Shown here one piece after another: positions 26,450 through 37,075 of a DNA stretch of 53,552 nucleotides. This DNA is from Candidatus Moraniibacteriota bacterium. Lineage in GTDB: Bacteria; Patescibacteriota; Minisyncoccia; Moranbacterales; UBA1568. The notes under the pieces were generated by a model. The model was not told the DNA's origin and made no database searches. It saw only the letters and a list, made by a program, of their open reading frames with translations. The position numbers and the translations under genes are program-made. Numbering within the stretch: position 1 is the first letter of the stretch; each line of letters opens with the position of its first letter. The DNA is taken from the NCBI GenBank assembly GCA_016182385.1, contig JACPGV010000002.1, positions 1 through 53,552 of the forward strand, written 5' to 3'.

Positions 26450-27310
26450 ATGGAGAAGTGGCAATATATTCCTTTGCTTCTTGACCCGATCGCTTTTACG
26501 ATCGGTTTTTTTTCTGTTCGTTGGTACGCTCTCTTTTTTCTGGGAAGCGCTTTTCTGGTGTTTTTTTTTATGCGAAGAAATATATTTTATGAGGGCACTC
26601 TTTCTCAAGAGCAAAGAATAGATCTTTTTTTCATACTTTTTTTTGGTGCTTTTATTGGTGGACGTGTCGGGTATTTTGTTTTTTACTCTCCAGAAAGTTT
26701 TTTTGAGAATCCTTTGAGTATTTTTTCCCCCTATGATTTTGAAAGAAAATTGTGGGTTGGACTATCGGGAATGAGCTATCATGGCGGAATTCTTGGCGCT
26801 CTTTTTTCTTTGCGATGGTTTACTTGGAAAAAGAGACTTTCTTTTTGGCGGATAGCAGATAGCGTTATTCTGTTTGTTCCGCTTGTGACATTTTTTGGTC
26901 GTGTAGGAAACTTTTTTAATCTGGAACTTTTTGGTAGGGTAACGGAAAAACCATGGGGAATGTTTTTTTTGGATACGTCGTCGGGAAACATCTTGCGCCA
27001 TCCCTCTTCCTTGTACGAGGCGTTTTTTGAAGGATTGTTTCTTTTTGGTGCTATTTTTTTCTTAAGAAGATTTATTCGCATCGATGGTTTGTTGACGTGT
27101 TTGTATATACTGCTGTATGCGGTAGTTCGTTTCGGCGTGGAATATTTTCGTGAGCCAGACGCATTTTACGGCATCTTTTTCTTGAATATCTTTCCTTATG
27201 GTCTTTCTTTTGGCCAGATACTTTCCTTTTTTATGTTTCTTTTGGGGAGTATTTTATTTTGGTGGCTTCAGAGAAAGAAAAATGATACAATAAAAACAAG
27301 TAATAATTGA
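26450..27310 (+). CDS. lgt: Prolipoprotein diacylglyceryl transferase
   Basis: RWYA, GGRVGY, GMSYHGG, GRVGNFFN.E, RHPSSLYE, RFGVEYFREPD. Confidence 0.92.
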   Translation: MEKWQYIPLLLDPIAFTIGFFSVRWYALFFLGSAFLVFFFMRRNIFYEGTLSQEQRIDLFFILFFGAFIGGRVGYFVFYSPESFFENPLSIFSPYDFERKLWVGLSGMSYHGGILGALFSLRWFTWKKRLSFWRIADSVILFVPLVTFFGRVGNFFNLELFGRVTEKPWGMFFLDTSSGNILRHPSSLYEAFFEGLFLFGAIFFLRRFIRIDGLLTCLYILLYAVVRFGVEYFREPDAFYGIFFLNIFPYGLSFGQILSFFMFLLGSILFWWLQRKKNDTIKTSNN

Positions 27311-27316
27311 TATCAT

Positions 27317-27718
27317 ATGCCAGATAAAAAATTTTTGTTTGTTTTCGGAGGAGCGTTTTTGTTGATTGTTGCCCTTATTTGGTGGGGACTTGGTGAAGAT
27401 CAGGCAAAAGACGATCCCGCCGCCATTGTCTATTATTATGGTGAGGGGTGTCCGCACTGTAAAACGATTAATGAGTTTCTTGAAGAAAACAAGGTATCTG
27501 AAAAAGTTTCATTTGAAAAAAAAGAAGTGTGGGGCAATAAAACGAACGCCCGGGAGCTTGATCGTCGTGCTCAAGCGTGCAAGGTAAGCCCTGAAGGTAT
27601 GGGCGTGCCGTTTGTCTATGGTGGTGATGGACGTTGTTATATTGGCGAACCTGATGTGCGAAAGTTTTTTAGCGAAAAAGCCGGAATAGATCTTTCCTCT
27701 GGCGAGAAAAAAGAGTAG
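27317..27718 (+). CDS. Membrane-anchored glutaredoxin-like protein
   Basis: N-terminal TM, CPHC, GVP. Confidence 0.75.
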   Translation: MPDKKFLFVFGGAFLLIVALIWWGLGEDQAKDDPAAIVYYYGEGCPHCKTINEFLEENKVSEKVSFEKKEVWGNKTNARELDRRAQACKVSPEGMGVPFVYGGDGRCYIGEPDVRKFFSEKAGIDLSSGEKKE

Positions 27719-27781
27719 GGGGCAAAAGAGAGAGGAGAGCTCGTTTTGTTGTTGGGGGGATAAAATTAAAAATCATTTTCA

Positions 27782-28753
27782 ATGAAGAACAAAAACTTCA
27801 ATCAAAAAAAAATTGAAAATTTTCATACAAAACGTGTCCAGTCTTTTGATATACGGACAACACGCCTTGGAAGAACCAAGGTTTTTCTGAATACCGTAAA
27901 AAAAACATCGAGGACGACAAAGGAAACCGTTGGACAACGGACGGTTGATGGAATATGTCGAGAACAAAAAGTTCTTTTGGCAATCTTTCGTGAGCAATCT
28001 TTTCGTGATATCTTGTGGCGGGTATTTCGTCGCGTGGAAATGTATGCACGACGGGTGAGAAGAATTATCTTGCAAGCGCTTCCCGATATCGCTCCGCGCA
28101 AGATGCTTTACGGATCTCTTATGGGAGGAGTTATGTTTGGTATGATTTCAATGGCTTTTATGGAACATTATTTTGGTCCGGGAGTTTTCGCTCGGTTTCA
28201 GGAAGCCGACCAACCGGTGACAATACCGGAAGAAGTAAGTATGAATGAGTCAGAAACGGTCATATCCCCTCAGGCATATGAGGGCGGGGCAGATATTTTT
28301 TTTGAGTATTTTAACGAGGCGGCCGACCAAGAGTATGAAGAAAGCGTTCGCTCCATGGTAGAGGGGTACCCGATTGAGGCGATGCTCCCATACATCTTTG
28401 AACAAGATCGGTTGACGGCGGCTTTTCTCGTGGGTATCGCCAAAAAAGAAAGCAATTGGGGGAAGCGCGTGCCCGTGCTCGATGGTCAGGATTGTTTCAA
28501 TTATTGGGGATATCGAGGAATACGACGAATGATGGGGACGGGTGGTCACACATGTTTTAATAGTCGAAAAGATGCCGTGGAAACGGTTGCTAAACGTCTC
28601 AATAAACTTATTCATTCTGAAAAGCTCAATACGCCTGAAAAAATGATTATTTGGAAGTGCGGATTTAGCTGTCAGGGTCATAGTCGGGAAAGCGTCAAAA
28701 AATGGATCAGTGATGTGGATATGTATTTTCAAAAGCTGAATCAGGAAGAGTGA
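27782..28753 (+). CDS. Membrane-anchored protein with putative lysozyme-like C-terminal domain (paralog 1)
   Basis: TM, then GIAKKESNWGK...NYWGY, resembling the A..ES..G...N.WG core of lysozyme-fold enzymes. Confidence 0.55.
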   Translation: MKNKNFNQKKIENFHTKRVQSFDIRTTRLGRTKVFLNTVKKTSRTTKETVGQRTVDGICREQKVLLAIFREQSFRDILWRVFRRVEMYARRVRRIILQALPDIAPRKMLYGSLMGGVMFGMISMAFMEHYFGPGVFARFQEADQPVTIPEEVSMNESETVISPQAYEGGADIFFEYFNEAADQEYEESVRSMVEGYPIEAMLPYIFEQDRLTAAFLVGIAKKESNWGKRVPVLDGQDCFNYWGYRGIRRMMGTGGHTCFNSRKDAVETVAKRLNKLIHSEKLNTPEKMIIWKCGFSCQGHSRESVKKWISDVDMYFQKLNQEE

Positions 28754-28774
28754 AAAGTTTCAGAGAATAAAAGA

Positions 28775-28802
28775 AAAAATCCCTTATAGAAGGGATTTTT
28801 TT
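28775..28802. terminator. Intrinsic terminator
   Basis: AAAAAATCCCT/AGGGATTTTTT inverted repeat. Confidence 0.6.
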
Positions 28803-28847
28803 GATGTTTTCTGTATTTTTTTGTTGACAATATATTAAAAATTTGGT

Positions 28848-29738
28848 ATGTTAAGACCTGTGTCTTTGAGAGAAAGAAGGATGGAAGTATCTTACGATAT
28901 GCATCAAAGAAGAGAGTCTTACGGTAGTGACGAAAGCCAGTTGTCCGGAGGGAACGCCTTGGTAAGTCGAATTCTATCGCAAAAAAAATACCTTCTTACC
29001 TACAAGCTTTTTTTTGAGAAAAGCCTGTTTTTTTCTATTATTTCTCTCGTTTTTGTTGGGGTAATTTCCTTTTTTCCCGGAGCGGATGGTGTTTCTGGTG
29101 CCGTGGCGCAGGAAGAAAAAAAGCAATCTGATAAGGAGGGTGAGTGGTGCCGTTGGCGAGAAGACGTGCAGATATTTTCTTCTTTTTTGGGAAATGACGA
29201 TCAAAAACAATCAAAAATTTCTTGTTCTGAGAATCGCGCGTTACGCGAACGGATAGAAAAACAATCAAAGGCACATGTATCAAAAAAAGATACCGGAGAG
29301 AAACAAGATATTGAAGCAATGCTTGAGGATATTGTTGTTGGATATCCTATTGAAAAAATGATTCCGACCATCGCCACATATGACCGGGAAATAGCGGCAC
29401 TGCTTATCGGTATCGCCAAAAAAGAAAGCAATTGGGGGAAGCGTGTCCCGCTTGATAAAAACGGCGATGATTGTTTTAATTACTGGGGATATAAGGGTGC
29501 CGGTAGTCGTGGTGTCGCTATGGGGCACAGTTGTTTTGGAAGTCGGGAAGAGGCCGTCAAAACAGTAGGCAATCGTTTGGCAAAATTGGTAGAGTTGAAA
29601 CAAACGAGTGACCCGAAACACCTGATCGTTTGGAAGTGTGGATCAAGTTGCAAAGGACATAGTAGCGAAAGCGTTAAAAAATGGATCAGTGATGTGGATC
29701 TGTATTATCGAAAAATTACCGAACAAGAACGTCTCTAA
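28848..29738 (+). CDS. Membrane-anchored protein with putative lysozyme-like C-terminal domain (paralog 2)
   Basis: C-terminal ~135 aa closely similar to paralog 1; start uncertain (may be 28881 or 28899). Confidence 0.55.
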   Translation: MLRPVSLRERRMEVSYDMHQRRESYGSDESQLSGGNALVSRILSQKKYLLTYKLFFEKSLFFSIISLVFVGVISFFPGADGVSGAVAQEEKKQSDKEGEWCRWREDVQIFSSFLGNDDQKQSKISCSENRALRERIEKQSKAHVSKKDTGEKQDIEAMLEDIVVGYPIEKMIPTIATYDREIAALLIGIAKKESNWGKRVPLDKNGDDCFNYWGYKGAGSRGVAMGHSCFGSREEAVKTVGNRLAKLVELKQTSDPKHLIVWKCGSSCKGHSSESVKKWISDVDLYYRKITEQERL

Positions 29739-29872
29739 CAGACGTTTTTTTGTTTTATGAGGTATAATGAAGATAAGGTGAAAGAGAAACGTTGTCAGGG
29801 TATTTAAATTCCGTTGCTCGTCTCAAGGGGAAATAAGCGTTCGCTTGTGACTCACTAAGAATTACAAAAAAT

Positions 29873-30811
29873 ATGTCGTGGACATTTGTGGCATTGGCAG
29901 GGTATTTTTTTAATGCGGTTGCCGCTTTATTTGATAAATATCTTTTAGCTGATCGTATCAAGGCGCCAGCGGTGTACGCTTTTTTTGTTTCTCTTTTTAG
30001 TTTGTTCGCTCTTGTTTTTGTGCCGTTCGGTTTCCAGTTTTTTAGTTGGTATAATACGTTTATTTTACTTTGTTCCGGATTCCTTTTTTTATACGGGCTG
30101 GTGGCTTTTTATGTGGCCGTCAAGGGCAATGAAATATCGCGAGTGGCTCCTTTGGTAGGAACGGTTGTTTCGCTTACGGCACTCCTTGTTGTTTTTTTTC
30201 CGAGCGCGTTAGAAATGCATGGCATAACGAGTGGGCAGGTTTTCTCGTTATTTCTTCTCATCGCCGGCGGACTTTTACTTTCTTTTGATTTACCACTTCG
30301 TAGAGACGAGCGCATTCCGGGACTTGTTTTGGTAGCGGGGGTGCTTATGGCTTTTTCTCTTTTGTTACTCAAATATGGTTATGCGGAGGCAAACTTTGCG
30401 AGCGGTTTGGTGTGGTCACGCTTGGGAATATTTTTGGGTGGACTGACGCTTCTTTTTGTTCCGTCTTATCGAAAACATATTTTCGCTGATTGTTGTCATT
30501 TTTCCAAACCGACGCGTTTCGCCATCGGCACGGGAGCTATTTTTGTTGTGAATAAGATTTGTGCCGGCGTGGGAAGTTTTCTTATCGCGTATGCCACGTT
30601 TCTTGGTCCCGTAGCTTTCGTACAGGCGCTTTCCGGCATGCAGTATGTGTTTCTTCTTGTTTTGGCCTTGCCGCTTGCCGCACGGTATCCGTTTGTGTTT
30701 GATGAAAAATTGTTTTTTTGGGACTGGTTTCAGAAGATATTCGCCATTACGCTTATCGCCACCGGCATCTGGATCGCTTCGATGAGCGGTATTAAATTAT
30801 TGACGATATGA
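29873..30811 (+). CDS. EamA/DMT-like membrane transporter
   Basis: About 10 TM helices, DKYLL near the N-terminus, two-repeat layout. Confidence 0.65.
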   Translation: MSWTFVALAGYFFNAVAALFDKYLLADRIKAPAVYAFFVSLFSLFALVFVPFGFQFFSWYNTFILLCSGFLFLYGLVAFYVAVKGNEISRVAPLVGTVVSLTALLVVFFPSALEMHGITSGQVFSLFLLIAGGLLLSFDLPLRRDERIPGLVLVAGVLMAFSLLLLKYGYAEANFASGLVWSRLGIFLGGLTLLFVPSYRKHIFADCCHFSKPTRFAIGTGAIFVVNKICAGVGSFLIAYATFLGPVAFVQALSGMQYVFLLVLALPLAARYPFVFDEKLFFWDWFQKIFAITLIATGIWIASMSGIKLLTI

Positions 30812-31836
30812 AACATTTTTTGAAGGTCAGTATCATTATTATGAGTGGCGTGGGCATATTGCTTGGGCTGCTTTTTTGGTACTTGAATCTCCCCGGACCG
30901 CAACCGCGTGAAGATGTCCATTTGGGTATGACGTTTTCGTCGCGGTACGCGAGTGACTTGGGTCTTGATTGGCGTGAGACATACGAGGCGCTTCTTGATG
31001 ATATGAAGATAAAGAAAATGCGTATTCCTGTTTATTGGGATCTTGTGGAACGTACGCCCGGGCAGTATGATTTTTCCGATGTTGATTGGCAGGTGGCAGA
31101 AGCTGAACAGCGTGGTGTTGAAATTATTCTTACTCTCGGACAGCGTGTACCGCGGTGGCCAGAGTGTCATATACCATCATGGGCAAAAAACGATGAAGTG
31201 ATACGTCAGGCAGCGCTGCTTCGTTTTATGACCGCTACCGTGGAACGTTATAAAGATGCGAAAACCCTTCGGATGTGGCAGGTCGAAAATGAACCATTTC
31301 TTGTTTTTTTTGGAGAATGTCCACCGCTTGATAGTGATTTTTTGGATTGGGAAGTTTCGTTGGTGAGAACCCTTGACCCGACTCGTCCGGTGCTTCTTAC
31401 CGATAGTGGCGAGCTTTCTATTTGGATACGAGCCGCCAAAAGAGGAGATGTTTTTGGTACGACGCTGTATCGCCATATTTGGAGTAAAAACACCGGTGGC
31501 TACTTCACCTACCCTATTGGTCCGAACTTCTTTCGATTGAAGGAGCTTATGGTACGCGTGCTCACGTCACAGAAAAATTTTATCGTTATTGAGTTGCAGG
31601 CAGAACCATGGGCATCGGGTTGGATCGCTACCGTACCGCTTGCTGAACAATTTCGTACTATGGATGAGACAAAATTACGAGAAAATGTCGAATATGCCAA
31701 ACGTGTTGGTTTTTCGGATATCTATTTATGGGGAGGAGAATGGTGGTATTGGATGAAAACGAAAAAAGAATACCCAGCTTTGTGGGAAACCGGAAAAATG
31801 ATTTTTCAAGATAATGCCAAAGAAGAAAGCAGATAA
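30808..31836 (+). CDS. Membrane-anchored clan GH-A glycoside hydrolase-like protein
   Basis: RIPVYW, PRWPECH.P, WQVENEP acid/base motif, ELQAEPW, YLWG. Confidence 0.7.
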   Translation: MKHFLKVSIIIMSGVGILLGLLFWYLNLPGPQPREDVHLGMTFSSRYASDLGLDWRETYEALLDDMKIKKMRIPVYWDLVERTPGQYDFSDVDWQVAEAEQRGVEIILTLGQRVPRWPECHIPSWAKNDEVIRQAALLRFMTATVERYKDAKTLRMWQVENEPFLVFFGECPPLDSDFLDWEVSLVRTLDPTRPVLLTDSGELSIWIRAAKRGDVFGTTLYRHIWSKNTGGYFTYPIGPNFFRLKELMVRVLTSQKNFIVIELQAEPWASGWIATVPLAEQFRTMDETKLRENVEYAKRVGFSDIYLWGGEWWYWMKTKKEYPALWETGKMIFQDNAKEESR

Positions 31837-32323
31837 AAAAATTGTTTTGATTATCCATAACGTGCGGAGCGCTCACAATGTTGGGGCGATGTTTCGGACG
31901 GCAGATGGCGCCGGAGTGGAGCGTATTTTTTTGACCGGGTACACGCCGTGCCCGCCAAAAAAAGAAGCTCTCTATCGAACAGGAGCAGAAAAAGCCTTTT
32001 GTAAAACGGCTTTGGGGGCGGAAAAATATATACCATGGAAAAAAAATGTTTCTTTCGCGAAAGTTGCCCGGGCTTTGAAAGAGGAGGGTTACGCGCTCGT
32101 TTCTTTGGAACAGGCTACGGGAAGCACGGCATATGATGCTTATAAAAGTACTTCGCGAACGGCGCTTGTCGTGGGGAATGAGGTGACCGGTATAGACAAA
32201 AAGATTCTTCGACAGTGTGAAACGATTTTAGAAATACCGATGCACGGTAAAAAAAACTCTTTGAATGTTTCGGTGGCAACGGGTATTGTTTTGTATGAAC
32301 TTCGTCGTCTTTTGAGAGGGTAG
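31814..32323 (+). CDS. TrmH/SpoU-family RNA methyltransferase
   Basis: HNVGAMFRT, VGNE..G, IPM.G..NSLNVSVA. Confidence 0.9.
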   Translation: MPKKKADKKIVLIIHNVRSAHNVGAMFRTADGAGVERIFLTGYTPCPPKKEALYRTGAEKAFCKTALGAEKYIPWKKNVSFAKVARALKEEGYALVSLEQATGSTAYDAYKSTSRTALVVGNEVTGIDKKILRQCETILEIPMHGKKNSLNVSVATGIVLYELRRLLRG

Positions 32324-32372
32324 ATTTTTTCCGCGATCCCGTTTACAATGGTGAAAGAAGTGTGATATTGAT

Positions 32373-33077
32373 ATGACTACCAAGAAAAACAAGATAGCTG
32401 TGTTTGATATTGATGGAACGATTTTTCGAAAAAATCTTCATTTTGAGTTGATCAATGAACTTTCTTGGATGAAAATTTTTCCGGTGGACGTACGGAATAC
32501 GTTGACGGAGATTTATACTAATTGGTTGGAACACGAAGGAACATACGAGGATTATCGCAAAGCCTTGGTTCAGCTTTATGCCAAGTATATCAAAGGATGT
32601 TCACAGGAGGACGTTTTTCGGGCAAGCAAAATTGTCATTCCATTTCACGCGAAACGGACCTATATTTTTGCCGAGAAACTTATCAAGAAACTTCGAGCCG
32701 AAGGGTACCACCTTATTGCTGTTTCTGGTTCGCCTACGGAGATTGTTGAAGAATATAATCGTCATTATCTCAAGTTTGATAATGTTTTTGGGAGCGTCTA
32801 CGCGATGGATAAGGATAAAAAATATACTGGCGAAGCTTCTTTTGAACCATCAAAAAATAAGGGACACTTGGTGGAGCAGTATATTTACGAGCATAAATTT
32901 TCTTTGAAACATTCATACGGGGTTGGAGATACGGAATCAGATATCAGCTTTCTTGATATTGTGGAATACCCCATCGCCTTTAATCCGAATCAAAATTTGA
33001 AAGAGGTGGCTGAGCGGAAGAATTGGCGCATCGTTGTTGAAAAAAAGGATGTTGTTTATGAAATAAAAAACTCATAA
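32373..33077 (+). CDS. HAD-superfamily IB hydrolase
   Basis: FDIDGT, VSGS, GDTESD. Confidence 0.88.
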   Translation: MTTKKNKIAVFDIDGTIFRKNLHFELINELSWMKIFPVDVRNTLTEIYTNWLEHEGTYEDYRKALVQLYAKYIKGCSQEDVFRASKIVIPFHAKRTYIFAEKLIKKLRAEGYHLIAVSGSPTEIVEEYNRHYLKFDNVFGSVYAMDKDKKYTGEASFEPSKNKGHLVEQYIYEHKFSLKHSYGVGDTESDISFLDIVEYPIAFNPNQNLKEVAERKNWRIVVEKKDVVYEIKNS

Positions 33078-33212
33078 AAAAATCGTTGCTTATGGATCTT
33101 ACAAAAATTCTGGATAACTTTCTTAAGAAGACATTGTGGCTTTGGTTGCCCCTCTACGCTTTTTTTGATTTGTTGAAAGCGTTAAGCGAGCGAACAGAAA
33201 AAAAATAAATAC

Positions 33213-33617
33213 ATGGCACCGTCTTTTTCAAAAAGAGTTTGGGGAATATTGTTTTTTCTGTGGATGGTGGTGATTTTTATTTTTTCTTCATTTCCTGGGA
33301 GCGAATATCCTTTTGATCCACCTCTTTGGTATTATCTCGAGCGTAAAGGTGCACATGTTTTTGAATACGCCGTTCTCGCCGTTCTCGCCGCCTATTTTTA
33401 TTCAGCGATGTTTCCAAAAGAAAAAAGGTATTCTATCGCTGTTCTTTCTTTGGTGACCGCTATCGCTTACGGTATAAGCGATGAATTGCACCAATATTAC
33501 GTTTTATATCGTGGATCGAGAATAGGCGACGTTTTTTTTGACGCGGCTGGGGCGTTGCTGGGATGTTTTTTCTGGTATAAAAACTTTTTTCTTCGAAAAA
33601 AGCCTTATAAAAGGTAA
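33213..33617 (+). CDS. VanZ-family membrane protein
   Basis: RKGAHVFEY, SDELHQ..V..R...D. Confidence 0.85.
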   Translation: MAPSFSKRVWGILFFLWMVVIFIFSSFPGSEYPFDPPLWYYLERKGAHVFEYAVLAVLAAYFYSAMFPKEKRYSIAVLSLVTAIAYGISDELHQYYVLYRGSRIGDVFFDAAGALLGCFFWYKNFFLRKKPYKR

Positions 33618-33766
33618 AGGTGAGGCATATTGACAAAAGAAGGATTTTTTAGTACCATAGAAGAGTAAAAGGTAAGCGTCTGTGGTCGATGGGTTCGCGT
33701 AAGCGAGCTTTTTTTGTTCCAAAGTCGCTTTTCTCTTTTTTCTAATTTATTTACATAGAGAGCAGT

Positions 33767-35074
33767 ATGCCAAAGAAAAAAAATACGACCGAGGAGGTTT
33801 CGCAAGATGAAGGGACTCTTTCCGGGCGTTTGGGAGAGTTTGGAAGCGCGGTCATGCAGATTGCCGAGGAAAAAGGTATTTCCAAGGAACGAGTTCTTGA
33901 GGTTGTTGAGGCAGCACTCTCAGCGGCATATAAAAAAGATTACGGTAAAAAAGGGCAAGTTATTCGTGCTGAATTTGATGAGGTAAAAAAAGACGCGAAG
34001 TTTTTTCTTGTGAAAGAAATAGTTGATGAGACTACTCGAGAGTTTGTTGAAGAGACGGAAGAATCTCATGACGAGAAAACTGAATCTGGGCGGGGAGCCG
34101 ATGCGACAAAGGAAGTGAAAGAGGAGTTGATTGTTGAAGAAAGTGATGAGGATCGTTTGCCTCGTTTTAATCCCGAAAGAGATATTCTTCTTGAAGAAGC
34201 AAAGAAGCTTAAGAAGAGCAGTAAAATTGGTGAAACGATTGAGCTTCCTCTTGAATCGCATAGCGAATTCGGACGGGTGGCCGCGCAGACTGCAAAGCAG
34301 GTGATTATTCAACGTATCCGTGAAGCAGAACGAGAGACGATGTTTCAGGAGTATAAAGAAAAAGAAGGTCAAGTCGTGAATGGTCAGGTGCAGCGCATCG
34401 AAGGGCGAAACGTGTTTGTTGATTTGGGGAAATCTATTGGAATTTTGTTTCCGTCTGAGCAGATTGAAGGTGAAAACTACCGCGTTGGTCAACACTTGAA
34501 GGTTTACCTCGTGCGTGTCGAGTCGGATACCAAAGGACCGGGACTCCTGTTGTCGCGCGCTCATCCGGAAATGGTGCGACATCTGTTCACTCTTGAGGTC
34601 CCAGAGATTTTTACCGGCACAGTGGAAATAAAGGCTATCGCCCGGGAAGCCGGATCGCGAACAAAAATCGCTGTTTTTTCGGCGGAAGAAGGGGTTGACC
34701 CGATCGGTTCGTGTGTCGGACAGAAAGGAACTCGAGTGCAGGCTATCATTGATGAGCTTGGTGGTGAAAAAATTGATATTATTGAATGGCGTGATGATCA
34801 AGAAAAGTTTATCAGCGCCGCTCTTTCGCCGGCGAAGGTGCTTTCCGTTGAGTTGTTTGAAGAGGAGAAGCGCGCTTTGGTGAAGGTGCCGAGCGATCAA
34901 CTGTCACTTGCTATTGGAAAAAGAGGACAAAATGTTCGTTTGGCGGCGAAGTTGACGGGATGGAAGCTTGATGTTGTTCCGCCTGAAGAAGGAAGCGAAA
35001 CGGAGAAAGAATCTGCTGAAGAAGGAACTGTTACGGAAAGCGATTCTTCCGAGAAGAATGAGGCAGAAAAATAA
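33767..35074 (+). CDS. nusA: Transcription termination/antitermination factor NusA
   Basis: FGRVAAQTAKQ, S1 and KH domains, AIGKRGQNVRLA. Confidence 0.95.
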   Translation: MPKKKNTTEEVSQDEGTLSGRLGEFGSAVMQIAEEKGISKERVLEVVEAALSAAYKKDYGKKGQVIRAEFDEVKKDAKFFLVKEIVDETTREFVEETEESHDEKTESGRGADATKEVKEELIVEESDEDRLPRFNPERDILLEEAKKLKKSSKIGETIELPLESHSEFGRVAAQTAKQVIIQRIREAERETMFQEYKEKEGQVVNGQVQRIEGRNVFVDLGKSIGILFPSEQIEGENYRVGQHLKVYLVRVESDTKGPGLLLSRAHPEMVRHLFTLEVPEIFTGTVEIKAIAREAGSRTKIAVFSAEEGVDPIGSCVGQKGTRVQAIIDELGGEKIDIIEWRDDQEKFISAALSPAKVLSVELFEEEKRALVKVPSDQLSLAIGKRGQNVRLAAKLTGWKLDVVPPEEGSETEKESAEEGTVTESDSSEKNEAEK

Positions 35075-35097
35075 GTATAATTTTTAAGAAAAAAAGT

Positions 35098-35628
35098 ATG
35101 AATCTTTGGCACGAAATTTCCGCGGGTGATGATGTTCCAAACGTTGTGAATGTTATCGTTGAGTGTCCGAAAGGAACAAAGAATAAGTATGAAATTGACA
35201 AGGAAACAGGATTGATCAAGCTTGATCGAGCAATGAAGACGAGTCAGGATTATCCTTTTGACTATGGTTTTGTGCCACAAAGTTTGTGGGAGGATAATGA
35301 CCCGCTTGATGTGGCGCTTTTGACGACCTACCCGCTTGCTCCCGGCATTCTTGTTGAAGCGCGGCCAGTTGGTATTATGAATATGATAGATTGTGGGGAG
35401 GGAGACGATAAAATTATCGCCGTTCCCAAAGACGATCCTCGTTTTGATGATATCATTGACCTTGATGATATTAATAAGCACACCCTGAAAGAAATACGAC
35501 ATTTTTTTGAGACGTATAAAACGATCGATGGCAAAAAAGTCGTTGTGAAGGGATTCAAGAAGAAAGCACAGGCACTTTTGGCTATTAAGAAAGGTTTGCA
35601 AATGTATAGCAAAAAATACGCAAAGTAA
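35098..35628 (+). CDS. ppa: Inorganic pyrophosphatase, family I
   Basis: NKYE, YGFVPQS..ED.DPLD, FFETYK. Confidence 0.95.
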   Translation: MNLWHEISAGDDVPNVVNVIVECPKGTKNKYEIDKETGLIKLDRAMKTSQDYPFDYGFVPQSLWEDNDPLDVALLTTYPLAPGILVEARPVGIMNMIDCGEGDDKIIAVPKDDPRFDDIIDLDDINKHTLKEIRHFFETYKTIDGKKVVVKGFKKKAQALLAIKKGLQMYSKKYAK

Positions 35629-35750
35629 ATTTTTAATTTCCCGCCCACCAGCGGAACAGTTTCCAGAGAATATTTTCATGAGAATGAATTTCAAAGAGAA
35701 AGGCCGACTCATGTTTTGAAAGATTGGAAATTGAAAACTCGTAACAGTCT

Positions 35751-37040
35751 ATGGATGTCACAGTAAAAAAGCTTCCTCAGTCGAGAATAGAGTTGCATAT
35801 AACTTTGTCGTGGGACGAATGGAAGAATGAGAAGGATCACGCAGCGGAAGAACTTGCTCGGGAGAGTAATATAGCCGGTTTTCGCCCCGGAAAAGCACCA
35901 CGTGATCTTATTGAAAAACGTTTTGGGAAACAAGCGCTTCTTACGCAGGCGGCAGAGCACGCTGTGCATCATTCTTACCCTCAGGCGCTTGCCAAAGAAC
36001 ATGTGGAGGCTATCGGACAACCAGAGGTGCATTTGGGGACTTTTGCTGAAGGGGAGGCGATGGAATATACCGTTACGACAGCAGTGATGCCAGAAGTAGT
36101 GATTTCTTCATGGAAAAGCGCCATAGAAAAAATAAATAAAGAGTACGCGAAACAAGAAGAAGGAGTGCGTGATGACGAAGTGGAGAAAGAGCTTTCTAGG
36201 ATTGCTGAAATGCGAGCAAAACTAGTCACTGTCGATCGAGAGGCTCGTTTGGGAGACAATGTGCTTGTTGATTTCACTGTCTCGCAACAAGGAGTGATTA
36301 TTGAGAATGGTAAGAGTGAAAAGCACCCCTTGGTATTGGGAAAGGGGGCGTTTATTCCCGGGTTTGAAGAACAATTGGTGGGAATGAAAGAGGGCGAGGA
36401 AAAAACATTTGAACTTACTTTTCCTGATGCGTATCACGCGAAACATTTGGCGGGAAAGCCGGCAACTTTTTTGGTAAAACTTGGCGTGGTGCAGGAGCGT
36501 GAGATCCCCGTGGTGAACGATGAATTTGTCAAAGGATTAGGGCGCTTTGATTCTCTTGAGATGCTGAAGAAAAATATACAAAGCGGTATTTTGGAAGAAA
36601 AAAAGATGGCAAAAAAGGAAGAGTGGCGCACGAAGATTCTTGATGCGTTGACTGAGAAAACGACCATCGAATACCCGAGCATCCTTGTGGATGAAGAGAC
36701 AAAGAGGATGATTCATGAATTTGAGTCGCAAGTTCGTTCTTTGGGGTTTCATTTCGATGATTACCTTGCCCATGCGAAGAAAACACAAGATGACTTGAAA
36801 AAAGAATGGGAGCCTCAGGCTAAAAAACGTTTGGCAGCCCAATTTGTTTTGGGAAAGCTCGCTGACGAAGAAGAGATTATGGTGAGCAATGAGGATATCG
36901 AAGAAGAAATGAATAAAACGCTTCGTCAGTATGGTAATATAAAAGATGTTGAAAAAAACATTGACATGGAGCGTTTGTATACGGCTGTACGCGGACAGTT
37001 GCGTAACGAAAAGGTTTTTGAATTTTTGGAGAAGATCTAA
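35751..37040 (+). CDS. tig: Trigger factor
   Basis: GFRPGKAP, FIPGFEEQL. Confidence 0.95.
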   Translation: MDVTVKKLPQSRIELHITLSWDEWKNEKDHAAEELARESNIAGFRPGKAPRDLIEKRFGKQALLTQAAEHAVHHSYPQALAKEHVEAIGQPEVHLGTFAEGEAMEYTVTTAVMPEVVISSWKSAIEKINKEYAKQEEGVRDDEVEKELSRIAEMRAKLVTVDREARLGDNVLVDFTVSQQGVIIENGKSEKHPLVLGKGAFIPGFEEQLVGMKEGEEKTFELTFPDAYHAKHLAGKPATFLVKLGVVQEREIPVVNDEFVKGLGRFDSLEMLKKNIQSGILEEKKMAKKEEWRTKILDALTEKTTIEYPSILVDEETKRMIHEFESQVRSLGFHFDDYLAHAKKTQDDLKKEWEPQAKKRLAAQFVLGKLADEEEIMVSNEDIEEEMNKTLRQYGNIKDVEKNIDMERLYTAVRGQLRNEKVFEFLEKI

Positions 37041-37075
37041 ATAGGTGAAAGGAATTTTTTGAGAAACAGAAGAAT

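Noticed and set aside
28433-29699. Repeated blocks as a second TR/VR pair
   Set aside because: Differences are not adenine-specific and both copies lie in intact paralogous genes
33368-33390. 9-bp tandem repeat in the vanZ-like gene
   Set aside because: In-frame AVLAVLA within a TM helix; trivial
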